Translations under genes and position numbers: made by a program | Shown here: positions 1 to 11,104 of the stretch, in pieces | Position numbering within the stretch: the first letter of the stretch is position 1 | Layout: every line of letters starts with the position of its first letter | Assembly: GCA_024626585.2 (NCBI GenBank) | Contig: JANKJI020000004.1 | Span: forward strand, 5,777,953-5,794,818 | Source: Ginkgo biloba | Lineage: Eukaryota; Plantae; Ginkgophyta | Direction of reading: 5' to 3' | Length of the DNA stretch: 16,866 nucleotides | The notes under the pieces: model-generated | Told to the model about the DNA's origin: nothing | Databases searched by the model: none | Seen by the model: the letters and a program-made list of their open reading frames with translations, nothing else

Positions 1-556
1 GATATGAAGTTAAATAAATAATTTTTGAACAAACCATTCTCTAGTTAAAGAAATTTATAAGGAATTTGTATCAACTTTTTGGAGTTGAGAAGGGGAAACT
101 TAAAAATATAGGAATTAAGTGGTAAATGATAAAAAAGAATAAGAAATTATAAATATCTAATTTTCCATTGATATAACCATTTGACCATGCTACATAAAAT
201 TGCTTTCAATTTTAAAAAAAAATTATAATGTTCTGATAGAATCCTTATAATTTGCTCAAATTATATAATAAGGAAGTGATCCATTGATAGATTATTAATG
301 TAATGGCTAATATAGTGTAAATAAATTGAAACCATCCTAGGAGGAACTTAGGGAAAATATTTAGATAATTACTTATGAGTTCAACCTTGTACGATATACA
401 TTTTGTATAGAACTATCAAATTACTATAGCTTCAATATGTTTATAGAATCATTATTGTTAACATAAAAATGATTTTCATCAAAATGAGATAATATAAGTG
501 TGTATCACACTATTTTGGACATGAATTATGAGATCATTTATTGAGTGTGGTTATTA

Positions 557-1317
557 TGTAGTCAACCTGATTACTTTCTTGGTGGGAGTGTATGAGGCCA
601 TGACCCTCATATGTTTTGCAAAAATAATTTTATTTAACTAAGGGAGTAATTAGATCTTTTTGTCAATCCTAGTCTCTTTGTCTCAGAAAATAGAGTCTGT
701 GGCTAGTTGGATCGGCTTGTATGGCTGTCACTTTTGTCATAAAATACGCGACATATAATCATGCATTGTTTACAACTTCCCATTACTAACCTATCTAGAG
801 ATTAGATTTCTTCTTGTAGACTTATCTCAATGTTGAATTTCCAATGTGATATCCCTTTTAAGTATTGAGTTACTATAAGTAATTAGGAGAGGATTCACAT
901 CAATATTGTCAAACTTAGGCCTATACATCATTTGGATAAGCCTTTGATTGATGTCCTAAAATAGTAAAAAACTAAAAATGAGGTCTAAAAATGATTTAAG
1001 AAAAAATATACTCTATTAGGATCTTCAAGGTAGTAATTATAGTTCCATAATATTTTTAGTAAGGCAGGGATCCTAAAAGAAAAATGAATCAAAAATTATA
1101 TTTGTTTGGAAATGTATTATAAATAAATTTCTAATGCCATAAAATAACATTGGGTTTGAAGGTCATGAAATAAGTCCTTACTCAACTTTTATGTGGAACC
1201 CACTCTTTAATTACAAATTAGAAAATTCATAATGTACTTGTAATTCATTGAAGCTATGTATAATTAGCGCATGTACTCATTATTATGATGCTAACTCATT
1301 GCTAATGGTGCACTACA
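557..1317 (+). mobile_element. Putative (solo) LTR, related to 4459-5059
   Basis: Starts TGTAGTCAACC (557) and ends GGTGCACTACA (1317), a TG...CA boundary with a 9/11 terminal inverted repeat. TATA-like ATTATAAATAA at ~1116. The last ~90 bp (...CATTATTATGATGCTAACTCATTGCTAAT...) align with the end of 4459-5059. Flanks TATTA/TCTTG match only 3/5, so a TSD is unproven and the 5' boundary is tentative. Confidence 0.5.
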
Positions 1318-2023
1318 TCTTGGACCTCCATTTAGTTAAAGAGTGTTTAGGCTAAGGAGGTCCATTTTGAGTGTATAAGGGCACTCAAGCCTCATTTGTA
1401 ATAAAACATGTAACCTAGAATATTGTTGGTAAAAATGGGTGACCCAGTGGGACCTTTATAATATTAGAAATAATATATTGTGATCGTTTAGTTTTAAGGC
1501 ATGGCTTTATTATTATATGGCATAAGGCTCTGGGAAAAATAGAGGAGGACACATCTAAGTGAAGGAGCAACTATGTAAGCACTTACCTTTATAAAACCAT
1601 AATAGAAAACACGGATTTGATGCTAGTCAAAGAAGCATGGACTTAAACAAGAAAAGAGAAGCAAGTGATTTTGAAATTAACTATCGCAAAAGTAACTTGG
1701 TAGAGCCTAGACCTTAACGAACAAGAGCAAGTAGAGACCCTTTGGTTTTGAGATCCATACAATTGCAATTAAGAAGTTATTTGCAATGCTATAGATGTAG
1801 AATCATTTTAGCATTGTGATAAAAGAAATAACAAATGACCCAGATTTGGTAGAATTGTCGATTCTTAACCAAGAGTCATCAATGATTACGTAGGAATCAC
1901 AAACTCCCTACATTGTGTAAAAANNNNNNNNNNNNNNNNNNNNNNNNNNNNNNNNNNNNNNNNNNNNNNNNNNNNNNNNNNNNNNNNNNNNNNNNNNNNN
2001 NNNNNNNNNNNNNNNNNNNNNNN

Positions 2024-3257
2024 AATTCTTTGCTTCCTCTATTGGAACAAGGTGTTCTCCATTTATGTGGACGGTTCGTTATTCTCTATTGGTTGTGTTC
2101 TCGCTTAACCTGGATAAGGAAACGTTGACCACCCTCCTTACTTCGCTAGTTTGAAGTTGACACCAGTTGAGCAAAATTACACTGTGACTAAAAGAGGGGC
2201 TTTGAATTGTTGATTCTATAAAAAAAATTCTCCATTACTTGTTGTCTAATCCATTCTCTTCTATGTTGATTATCAAGTGCCAATGTAGTTAATCAACAAA
2301 CCTTTGTCATAAGGAAGAGCAAGCTGATGGGTGTTGCTTTTTCAAGAACTTACATCTAAATTTATTTGAAATTGAAAAAATTCTCATCTCAGTAATTACC
2401 AATTAACACATATCAAAATTGGCCAAGACTTGGGAAATTTGAGAGGAAGATCCTTGCATGTAAATCCTTACCATATTAGCTCATTAGTGGTGCCTTATAC
2501 TGTTTAGGACCCATTCACGTTTTACAATGGTGCATGGTACCTCACGATGCTAGAGTATGGCAGTCTACATTGTTTGAAGATGTAGAAGATGTAAAACAAT
2601 GGGTAAAGAAGTGTGATGCATACCAAAGGTTGAAGAAACCCAATTGTTAGATGCATCAACCATTCTGCCTAATTTTTGTCACCATCCCATTCAAATAATG
2701 GGAAATGGACTTTGTAGGATCTATCAATCCTCTTGCTAGAAGAATGCAAGCTTGTTACATTTTGGTCACCACTTACTTTGTTACAAAGTGGTTTGAAGCT
2801 CATTTGGTGCACCAACAAGATGGCACAACAACTACATGATTTCTATATGAAATGATCATCACATATTTTGGTTGTCCACTGTAGTTAACCTGTGACCAAG
2901 GACATGGATTTATTAATGTTGTAAAAGAATTAATCCATTAAGTGTTGTGGGCATTTTGCACCATTGAAAAGCNNNNNNNNNNNNACACAATTGGAGAGGT
3001 CCCATTTTAGTAGGTTTATGGGTTAGAAACCATTGTTCCCGTTGAGTTTGAGGTACCTAGTTACTATTGCTTTGGAATGTTGATTAGGAGAAGAAGAATT
3101 TGTCGCTCAGTGTTTACAATAGGTATTATATTTGGAGGACCGACGTGTCCTTGTGCTATGGACGTTGGAAGCCGAAAACTAATGAAAAAAAGCATGGCAT
3201 GAGTGCTATATCAAACCCCCACATTTTGTGAAGGTGATAAGGTGTTCCTATATGACA
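2024..3257 (+). pseudogene. Decayed Ty3/gypsy LTR retrotransposon pol fragment (RNase H followed by integrase)
   Basis: Manual translation with stops and frameshifts. RNase H: NKVFSIYVDGSLFSIGCVLA*PG*GNVDHPPYFASLKLTPVEQNYTVTKRGAL...HYLLSNPF..YVDYQ...LINKP..GRAS*WVLLFQE. Integrase: LISGALYCLGP..WVKKCDAYQR..PFK*WEMDFVGSINP..YILVTTYFVTKWFEA..FLYEMIITYFGCPL*LTCDQGHGFIN..VLWAF..PF**VYGLETIVPVEFEVPS..KAWHE..FCEGDKVFLYD. The RH-then-IN order is diagnostic of Ty3/gypsy. Confidence 0.95.
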
Positions 3258-3259
3258 TC

Positions 3260-4247
3260 TTTCAGCCAAGCACTAGGGAAGTGGTTAAGTGGACTAGGGT
3301 GAGGGACTACTAGAGTGAGGGTTCTATCAGGTTTGATGTCATTGTAAAGGCCCTTAAGTCCCTCCTGGTTTTGAATAGGTTAAGGAGGAGGGAGGGGCAG
3401 AATATTCGAGAGAATAGGTCCTTCAAGGAAAGGGAAAGGGTTGGGAGAGTTGCCGGAGGGAGGGGGGACCAAGGGATAAACAAGTGGAAAATAGTCTCAT
3501 GGAACATTAATGGTTTCACGAGTAAGAAGTGGGATCTCCATCACCTTGTGAGTTCTGAGAAGTGGGGGATTTTTTGGATCTAAGAGACTAGGATTTGGGA
3601 GAATAGTTGGTCCATCTTAATCTCGGGGATGGTGGTATTTTAGGCTAAGGGGTGTCAAAGAGCAGTAGGTTAGAGAGCGGTAGCCTGGTAGTAAGGAGTT
3701 TTGGTCCTTCTCAGTAGGGCCGAATGACCTAAACAACATTTGGGCCCAAGCCTACCAGTCTCAGGAGGGGCGAAGCTTGGATTTTTGGTAGTATCTACAT
3801 TCCTTAGCCTCTCCGTAGAGAAAAGTGTTAAAATTATTTAAGAAGGATTAAGATTTTAGTTTAAGAGCTAAGTACTAAGTTTAGGGGAATTCCTATGGTA
3901 TTCTTGGGTGATTGGAATATGTCTTTGAAGAAACTTGAGGGGTGGGCCGGTAGGTTCAAAGGCCTTCAAGTTTTAAGTGTTTCAGGTGATCAACGATCCT
4001 TCCACTCTGCCAATGGCAAGTTGGTTAGCACCATTGATCACATTGTGGTGAATCAGTGGGCTGCCGACCTCCTGGTTCGGTGTTAAGAAGGATCCATGGG
4101 TCAGACCACTAGCTTGTCCAAATCAAGTTCAGACAAGTCTCCTTCCAACAAGGAAGTAGAGATGAGCTAGCTGATGGGAGAGGTGGCTTAGTGTTTTAGA
4201 GAGCCAAGGTCAATGAGGTTAGAGGTGAAATCAAACTCTCAAATAGA
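3260..4247 (+). mobile_element. Decayed non-LTR retrotransposon (LINE) fragment carrying an AP-endonuclease (EEP fold) domain
   Basis: APE motifs occur in the expected order: KIVSWNING (WNING 3500-3514), I*(Q)ET (3581-3589), GSIYIP (3787-3804), VFLGDWN (GDWN 3907-3918), TIDH (IDH 4033-4041), SDH (4101-4109). Interrupted by stops and frameshifts. The + strand is G-rich and distinct from the flanks. The fragment ends at a gap. Confidence 0.88.
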
Positions 4248-4347
4248 NNNNNNNNNNNNNNNNNNNNNNNNNNNNNNNNNNNNNNNNNNNNNNNNNNNNN
4301 NNNNNNNNNNNNNNNNNNNNNNNNNNNNNNNNNNNNNNNNNNNNNNN

Positions 4348-4419
4348 TGAGCCGTATCCATATTCGAAACGGTTCGGATACAGGATACGGGACCCCGGGG
4401 GCGGATCCTGGTAACTTAG
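4348..4419. mobile_element. Probable terminus of a hAT-like DNA transposon or MITE
   Basis: GC-rich island with GTATCC/GGATAC subterminal motifs in both orientations, ending ...GGATCCTGGTAACTTAG (reverse complement CTAAGTTACCAGG). This resembles plant hAT-type ends. The other end is lost in the gap, so TIR pairing and TSD cannot be checked. Confidence 0.5.
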
Positions 4420-4458
4420 ATTATGATTAATGAAGGGCAATCTGGTAGCCACATTTAA

Positions 4459-5059
4459 TGTAGTAGGTACATCCATAAATAATGCAATATGATAGTTGCA
4501 ATTAATGTAGGAAAGTGACTTCAACCTGACACTAGATGACATCTACCTTGAAGCAGAAATTAAGGTGTAGTTAATGAGAAATGATCTCATCCCTAGAGCA
4601 CATTGATGACAACAGTAATGGCACATTATGGCAGCAATAATGGTGCATTCGTGACATCAATAATGGTGCATTTATGAGAAAACTAATGGCGCATTAAGGG
4701 TATAAGGGTTTGCATTAATGAGCAAATTAGATTTATTAATGAAATGTCACTTTTAGGGTTACGATATTTAGGATCAAGAAACATGTGATTTAACATTTAT
4801 GAGAGAGAAATCATTATAAATAAGAGAGAAGTTACATGGAAGGTGTGAGAGCCGAGTTTGAATGCCTAGGTCTAGGTGTGATAGGCCTATCTTTGGCATT
4901 TACAATCATGTACCATGTGATGATTAATAATAAATTAGGATTGTACCCCACATGTATCGATTTACGTTCGTGCTTGTGAATCCATGGTGCATATGTGTAA
5001 TTAATGCATGCATTCTTCATTATTATGATGCTAAGCCATTGCTAATAGTGGGCCACACA
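4459..5059 (+). mobile_element. Putative solo LTR (~600 bp)
   Basis: TGTAGT...CCACACA boundaries, short internal tandem repeats (4616-4695), TATA box ATTATAAATAA (~4814), and a 3' end homologous to ~1230-1317. No clear TSD; the right flank runs into another TGT-start sequence at 5061. Confidence 0.6.
4616..4695 (+). repeat. 4 copies of TAATGGYRCATT with 22-23 bp period inside the putative LTR
   Basis: Copies at 4616, 4638, 4661 and 4684, separated by variable 10-11 nt linkers. Confidence 0.8.
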
Positions 5060-5060
5060 T

Positions 5061-5597
5061 TGTTACGAGCACAAAATTGCTAAAGCATAGACGAATGTAG
5101 AAACCATGTTACAACATAGAGAAAAGAAACAAAATAGTAAACTGAAGTGTATAAAAAAGAAGATACAAGCCGAAGAAGGTTCTGCACTTGTCATTGAACC
5201 TAGTTCGAACCATATACCTCTAGTTGAAGACGAACTTCAGAGAGAGAAGTCAAATATACAAGTGGAAAAGAAGAAGAGGCATTTAAAGAAGAGTTGGGAC
5301 TCCCAAGTGACAAAGGGAGAAGTGAAGAGAAAAAAACCAAAAANNNNNNNNNNNNNNNNNNNNNNNNNNNCAAAGCAAAGTGGTGGAGGATCATCATTCA
5401 TTCTCCATTCTTCTATCTGCTCTTTTCTAGTCTTCTAATTTGCAAGCTTCTTCTTATGAGAAACTTATCTTTCTATTGCCAAATTGTAATGGCAGATTTG
5501 TACAAGTGTGTACTTGTGCATTTATACTAAGACATTGTTATATTTGTTGCCATGGAAGGACAATTGTTTGTTTTGGAAAGGACAAGGGCATTCAAGT
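5061..5597 (+). mobile_element. Possible LTR fragment
   Basis: Begins TGTTAC immediately after the previous LTR, with a purine-rich stretch followed by a pyrimidine-rich stretch. There is no second copy or 3' end to confirm it. Confidence 0.25.
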
Positions 5598-6987
5598 TGG
5601 TAGGGGTTGGATAATTGNNNNNNNNNNNNNNNNNNNNNNNNNNNNNNNNNNNNNNNNNNNNNNNNNNNNNNNNNNNNNNNNNNNNNNNNNNNNNNNNNNN
5701 NNNNNNNNNNNNNNNNNCAAAATTATACCCCACTCCCAATGATTAATTCTCTTGGTTATTTTTTAATAAGATATCACCCTTGAGTCTCCTACCTTGAGAT
5801 TCAAAGAATTGGTCTAGGGTGATAGGTTGCTTGCCTCCCTTCATTAAAATCTAAGTATATAATGGGGTGGTGGTCTTTAGGAGTAGAGGGAGGGACATCA
5901 CTCTTGCCTTAAATGCCTTGCCTCTATCTTCACTCTACTTGACAACCTCCTGCACTATGATATTGCTAGGGTCTTTGAGCATTATGGTTTTGTCATCTAT
6001 AATCTTGTGAATGTGTGCCTTTATCAACTTGCATGTTTATTTATATATAGGCTAAAGACAAGAGGAACTCCATCAGAGCTGGTCTGAAGTCATGGGAGAG
6101 ATTTTGATGATCAAAAGGACATACGTACCTGGTTTGTATCTTCCTTGTCCTTCACTCCCTGGTGCTTGCATGATCCTCCACCATCTTTTTTTGGATGTAA
6201 AGATCTGCTACAAAAGAAGCTTCTAACTATATGATTCATCCTATAATTGAAGCCTAGTTTTGACAGGCAATGTGTAGTATATAGTGAGCAAGAACTTCTT
6301 TTGATCCTTGCCAATTGCGTGGTTGAGGAGTTGTCACTATTGAAATAGGACTAAACATTATTTCACTACGGAGATGATCGATCGTTACTTTAAGTGCATG
6401 TGTACCAACATCAAATGAGGGTTGAAATTAGAAGGCATGGCCAAACTCATGAATAGATAATCGTTTACACATGGAAATAAAGGATGCTAAGGTTCCTACA
6501 ATTGTATATGTTGCTGCCAAAGTCTTAACCAAGCTAGCATTAGTACAATATACTGACTTGTTAGATGTTGATTGTGTATTTTTAGTTTTGCAATTGTCTC
6601 ATGGAAACGTGTCCCCTTGTGGGTGTCTGGATGTAGTTTGTCTTTGAATGCAATATTTACCATCCTAGGTGTAAAGAAATATTTAAAGATTGAGGAGAGT
6701 GATAGAAAGTAGTTGTTAAAATTTGCTTTATTTCTTGTCATTTGTTGAAGTAGAAATGAAGGATTCTATATTAACCAAGTACAGAGTCTGTTTTCCTTCA
6801 ATGTTATTATACTTTAAGCTGTAGATTGAGTACTTTAAGATTTTTTGTTTGTGGTTCAATCCATTATGAACTTTCTTTATTGGGTGANNNNNNNNNNNNN
6901 NNNNNNNNNNNNNNNNNNNNNNNNNNNNNNNNNNNNNNNNNNNNNNNNNNNNNNNNNNNNNNNNNNNNNNNNNNNNNNNNNNNNNNN

Positions 6988-7770
6988 AAACTGTTGGTTG
7001 ATAGTTGATAGCTTCCTAGGGAAGTAAACATATATACTCCATAAGAAGTGGAAGCAAATCCTTAGTTAATGTCATGTAATCATCTTTCTTATTGTTGTCT
7101 GAACCCAAATCTTTGGTCTAGTGATTGAGGATATTACCTCTCCCTTTAGGACTTGTTTCTTCATAAGTAGGGTTGTCTTCTACTAGTATGAACATTTTAT
7201 TAGTATCATATTTATTATTAGTGATAAGACCCTCATCATCACCTATATTCATTTCTTCATCTAGCTCTTTGTATTTAGAGTTTTCTTCTTCTTCATGACC
7301 CTCATACTCTTGTTCAATTTATCCATCCTTTGTTTATTCACCTTAAGAGTATTTTTATTCTCCTTATATTTCTCACTTATTTCTTCATTTAGATCTTCAT
7401 CAAATGTTTTCTTAGAGTAATACTCTTTGTCGAATACTTCATAGTTGGGGTCTTCTTATTTCTTAGGATTTTGATATGAATCTTCATATTCCTCATCATG
7501 ATCACCCTTTTTATCTACATATTCTTTAGCTAAGTCATCATAACCAAAATATTCTATGAAATAATAGGAAAATGTTCCTAGACATCCTCATCGATGGTAT
7601 CCTCAAGCTTATCATACAATCTAGGATCATAATCTTATTTGTCATAGTAATTCTCTTTATGATATGTTGGGAAGCCATTGATTGAGAAAAAGAGGAGTTA
7701 ATGTTATCGTTCGTGAACTAGAAGTTCTAGTTTGGAAGCGAGACTAATCCTTCCTAAAATTAAGAGCCAA
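6988..7770 (-). pseudogene. Decayed acidic (D/E/Y/K-rich) coding-like region, probably the 5' internal part of an LTR element
   Basis: Minus strand reads e.g. NYYDK*DYDPRLYDKLEDTIDEDV*EHFP and GYDDLAKEYVDKKGDHDEEYEDSYQNPKK*EDPNYEVFDKEYYSKKTFDEDLNEE, with stops and frameshifts. It starts just downstream of a putative LTR/PBS junction at 7771/7770. Confidence 0.4.
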
Positions 7771-8609
7771 TATTAGCGAATTGTGAGTCACTGACGAAGT
7801 TCTTGAACTGCTTGTTAGATAAATTTACTTTCCCATGGAATAAGCTCAAATTTTTTCTTGTCCATATACTGTGTAGACCTTTCTTAGTAATTTTTTCCCA
7901 CACAGAGATATGAATGCACTGCCTCGACAAATCTCTGCCTGATTGCTAGTCCGTAACACCTGCACATACTTAAATTGCTCTAGATTGTCAACAAGAAATG
8001 CGTGGAATTTACAATTCTAGATACAAATTGCATTGGAACAAGACCAAAATTATGTGTCATATGGTCTTTCTTTTTCCATGCAAAAATGCGTGGAAACTAC
8101 CTATTTTTTGGGATGGCTTGGCATTAGAATTGCTCGATGCATAAACCTCGATAGTCACATGTTTGTTTTGTCTTTGTCATGGGAAAACAAAACCAACCTC
8201 CTTTTATATCAGCAACGATTGCCGAGCCTTATATACTTTACTTTTATTAACGACTTAATGAAGGTAGGATGTGAATGATTCCCATTTCTGCCCTTCCTCT
8301 TCATTTGATCTTTCCCTTTCAAAATGTTTGTAATTCCATCCATAAACATTTTAATGAGGTGATCTAATTGGCACTTTGTAAAGCTGTAAAGGAATCCTAG
8401 TCATCTTTGTATAGTCCTTCCTTTTCCTTCCTTTTCATTTGTTCTTTTATTAGTCATCTTCCTTAATGAAGGCTGATGGGATCTACCACTTTACAAGTTC
8501 CTTTGTCATATTTGTGTTGGGAGAGCTCCTGAAGCTCACTTTCTTGACCCAAGGGTCTGAAGTTTGGACCTTTCCATTTTGTATGTTCATACAAGTATGT
8601 TTTCCTTCT
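7771..8609 (-). mobile_element. Putative 5' LTR (partial, minus strand)
   Basis: Minus strand reads ...CGCTAATA|TTGGCTCTTAA, interpretable as a mutated ...AACA LTR end plus a TGG-starting PBS-like site. TATATAAGG lies at 8235-8227. Its start would be in the gap 8610-9132. Confidence 0.35.
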
Positions 8610-11104
8610 NNNNNNNNNNNNNNNNNNNNNNNNNNNNNNNNNNNNNNNNNNNNNNNNNNNNNNNNNNNNNNNNNNNNNNNNNNNNNNNNNNNNNNNNNNN
8701 NNNNNNNNNNNNNNNNNNNNNNNNNNNNNNNNNNNNNNNNNNNNNNNNNNNNNNNNNNNNNNNNNNNNNNNNNNNNNNNNNNNNNNNNNNNNNNNNNNNN
8801 NNNNNNNNNNNNNNNNNNNNNNNNNNNNNNNNNNNNNNNNNNNNNNNNNNNNNNNNNNNNNNNNNNNNNNNNNNNNNNNNNNNNNNNNNNNNNNNNNNNN
8901 NNNNNNNNNNNNNNNNNNNNNNNNNNNNNNNNNNNNNNNNNNNNNNNNNNNNNNNNNNNNNNNNNNNNNNNNNNNNNNNNNNNNNNNNNNNNNNNNNNNN
9001 NNNNNNNNNNNNNNNNNNNNNNNNNNNNNNNNNNNNNNNNNNNNNNNNNNNNNNNNNNNNNNNNNNNNNNNNNNNNNNNNNNNNNNNNNNNNNNNNNNNN
9101 NNNNNNNNNNNNNNNNNNNNNNNNNNNNNNNNATTTTATTTGATTATCCTATTTTCTGTCCCAGGATTAGGATGATGGCAATAGAGAAATTGATGCTTGA
9201 TTGATTAATTTTACACCAGAAGCTTTCTCAAGGGATCTCCTCTGTAATTCTATTTCTAAGTCGAAAGTTTCATTTAAAGAAAATTAGATCATTAACAAAT
9301 TGATTTGTACTGGATTGCATCTGGGGCTAATTTAAACTCCTAACAGAAGATAAATTTCAATTAGCGAAGTGACGGTTACTCTTGAAAAGGCATATGTTGC
9401 AAGATTGCTGGCAGAGGTGGGTGTCTTTGTCTCACATCCCCAGAAAGCCATATGCATTGGCCTTTGTTTCAGAATCCTCATATCTTCTCCTGTTGTCTTT
9501 TCTGAGCATTGCACTTGTGTATTGGGGCCTGTTCATATGGTCATAGTTATCGAAGATTAGTAAAAACCACCTGCAGAAGAAAATGTGAAATATATGAAGG
9601 AAGACTACAAAAGTGTAGGAGGACAGGTCTTTTTTGACAGCAAAGTAGCCGGCATCGTGGAACTAGAGAACCCTTAATAGAAACCATGGGTAACCTAAGC
9701 AAAGGGGGTATTCTCATAATTTGATCACTATTCATCGCTTATGGTTGCACATCCTTTGCAGTTTGAACATTCCCATCATCAATCTTCTGTGCTCATCCTT
9801 GTTTTCAACCTTTTGGACCATGTTTTGTGATTCATGTCTTGGAATACTGGTTCTTGTGAAATGGGTTTAATCGTTTTGCTCATTTACTTGTGAGATTATT
9901 ATTATAGACGCGGTTCCTTAATTTTGTGCAACACCTGTTAAATTTTGGTGCTGCAGTTTTCTGGCATATGGCTTAATAATCTGCAAGTGGCTAATTATGT
10001 CTTTCCGGACCAACATATATAAAAATCTTCTCACGGGTTTTTAGTGCCAAATGCTTTTATAATTTGTCAATACTGCTAAATTATTAGAGGTTTGGAAAGG
10101 GTACAACATGCATCTTTATCAAATTTGAAGATGAACAGAGCCTGATACAATAGGATATTTACGGGTAATGGGAATTTGCCAGTAAACAGTGATGAGAAAC
10201 AAAGGCAGTTATTAATGTACACTGATGATCAAAAGTGGTCATCGGGACTGATAAAAACATTGCATATGAAATATGTCTGGGCAGTGTGAGAAAGCATCTT
10301 GGATCAAGTAAATCTACAAGATCCTAATTCCTAAAGTGTAGTCATATTTTGTAAAGAAGTGATACCATCTAGAAAAGTGGAGGTGGCATAAAATGTTAGA
10401 CAGTTGTAATCAACTAGTCTATCTGTCATCATCCACCACTATAAGGTCTCCCAGGCTTTATTGAAGAATATCATTTGGTGACAATATGGATCTCTACTGT
10501 GCAATCTTGGCCAGTAGCTTGGTGACATCTCTAGATGCCTTAGTAGAGTTTTTGTCTGTAACAACCCACCTTTGCTAAACCTGCAAAACAGGGTGCTTTA
10601 GGCCTGCAAACAAGATGTTAAGATAAATATACAATTGAGGCAACTTTAGTCATGCATTCAGAATTCAGAAATGGACATAAAAGCGCAGTGCAGTGAGAAC
10701 CCATATAAAACAAATATTTATTTATGTTAATTCATCCAAAAAGGATTCAGTTTTTATTAATTTATGGTTGCAGTGACAGCATGCATAAAGTTACAGATTT
10801 CAGCAAAATTGTTCGACGAGGGTTGACTTATCGTAGTAACTCCAACCATCCTGTTATTGGCTGTGGGGATCACCTGAAGGGGCTTACTATGTAGACAACC
10901 AAACCTTTGACACATATATGCTACTTGTCATTGCCTAGCAGATATTACCGGTCTGCTAGACTCCACCCCTTAACCCCTGCACTAGGAAGGTGTCAGGCAT
11001 AGGTNNNNNNNNNNNNNNNNNNNNNNNNNNNNNNNNNNNNNNNNNNNNNNNNNNNNNNNNNNNNNNNNNNNNNNNNNNNNNNNNNNNNNNNNNNNNNNNN
11101 NNNN

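Noticed and set aside
4616-4695. Mini repeat-spacer array
   Set aside because: 12-bp repeats with 10-11 nt linkers inside a putative LTR; ordinary U3-type tandem repeats.
4696-4760. Telomere-like motifs (TAAGGG, TTTAGGG; also TAGGGTTTAG at ~13760)
   Set aside because: Isolated single or degenerate units, not a tandem telomeric tract.
5106-5438. Lys/Glu-rich 110-aa ORF
   Set aside because: Explained by purine-rich low-complexity TE sequence, and it spans a gap.
9365-9416. Possible + strand exon EVTVTLEKAYVARLLAE followed by GTGGGT
   Set aside because: Weak acceptor without a pyrimidine tract, and no resemblance to ArfGAP or any protein I recognise.
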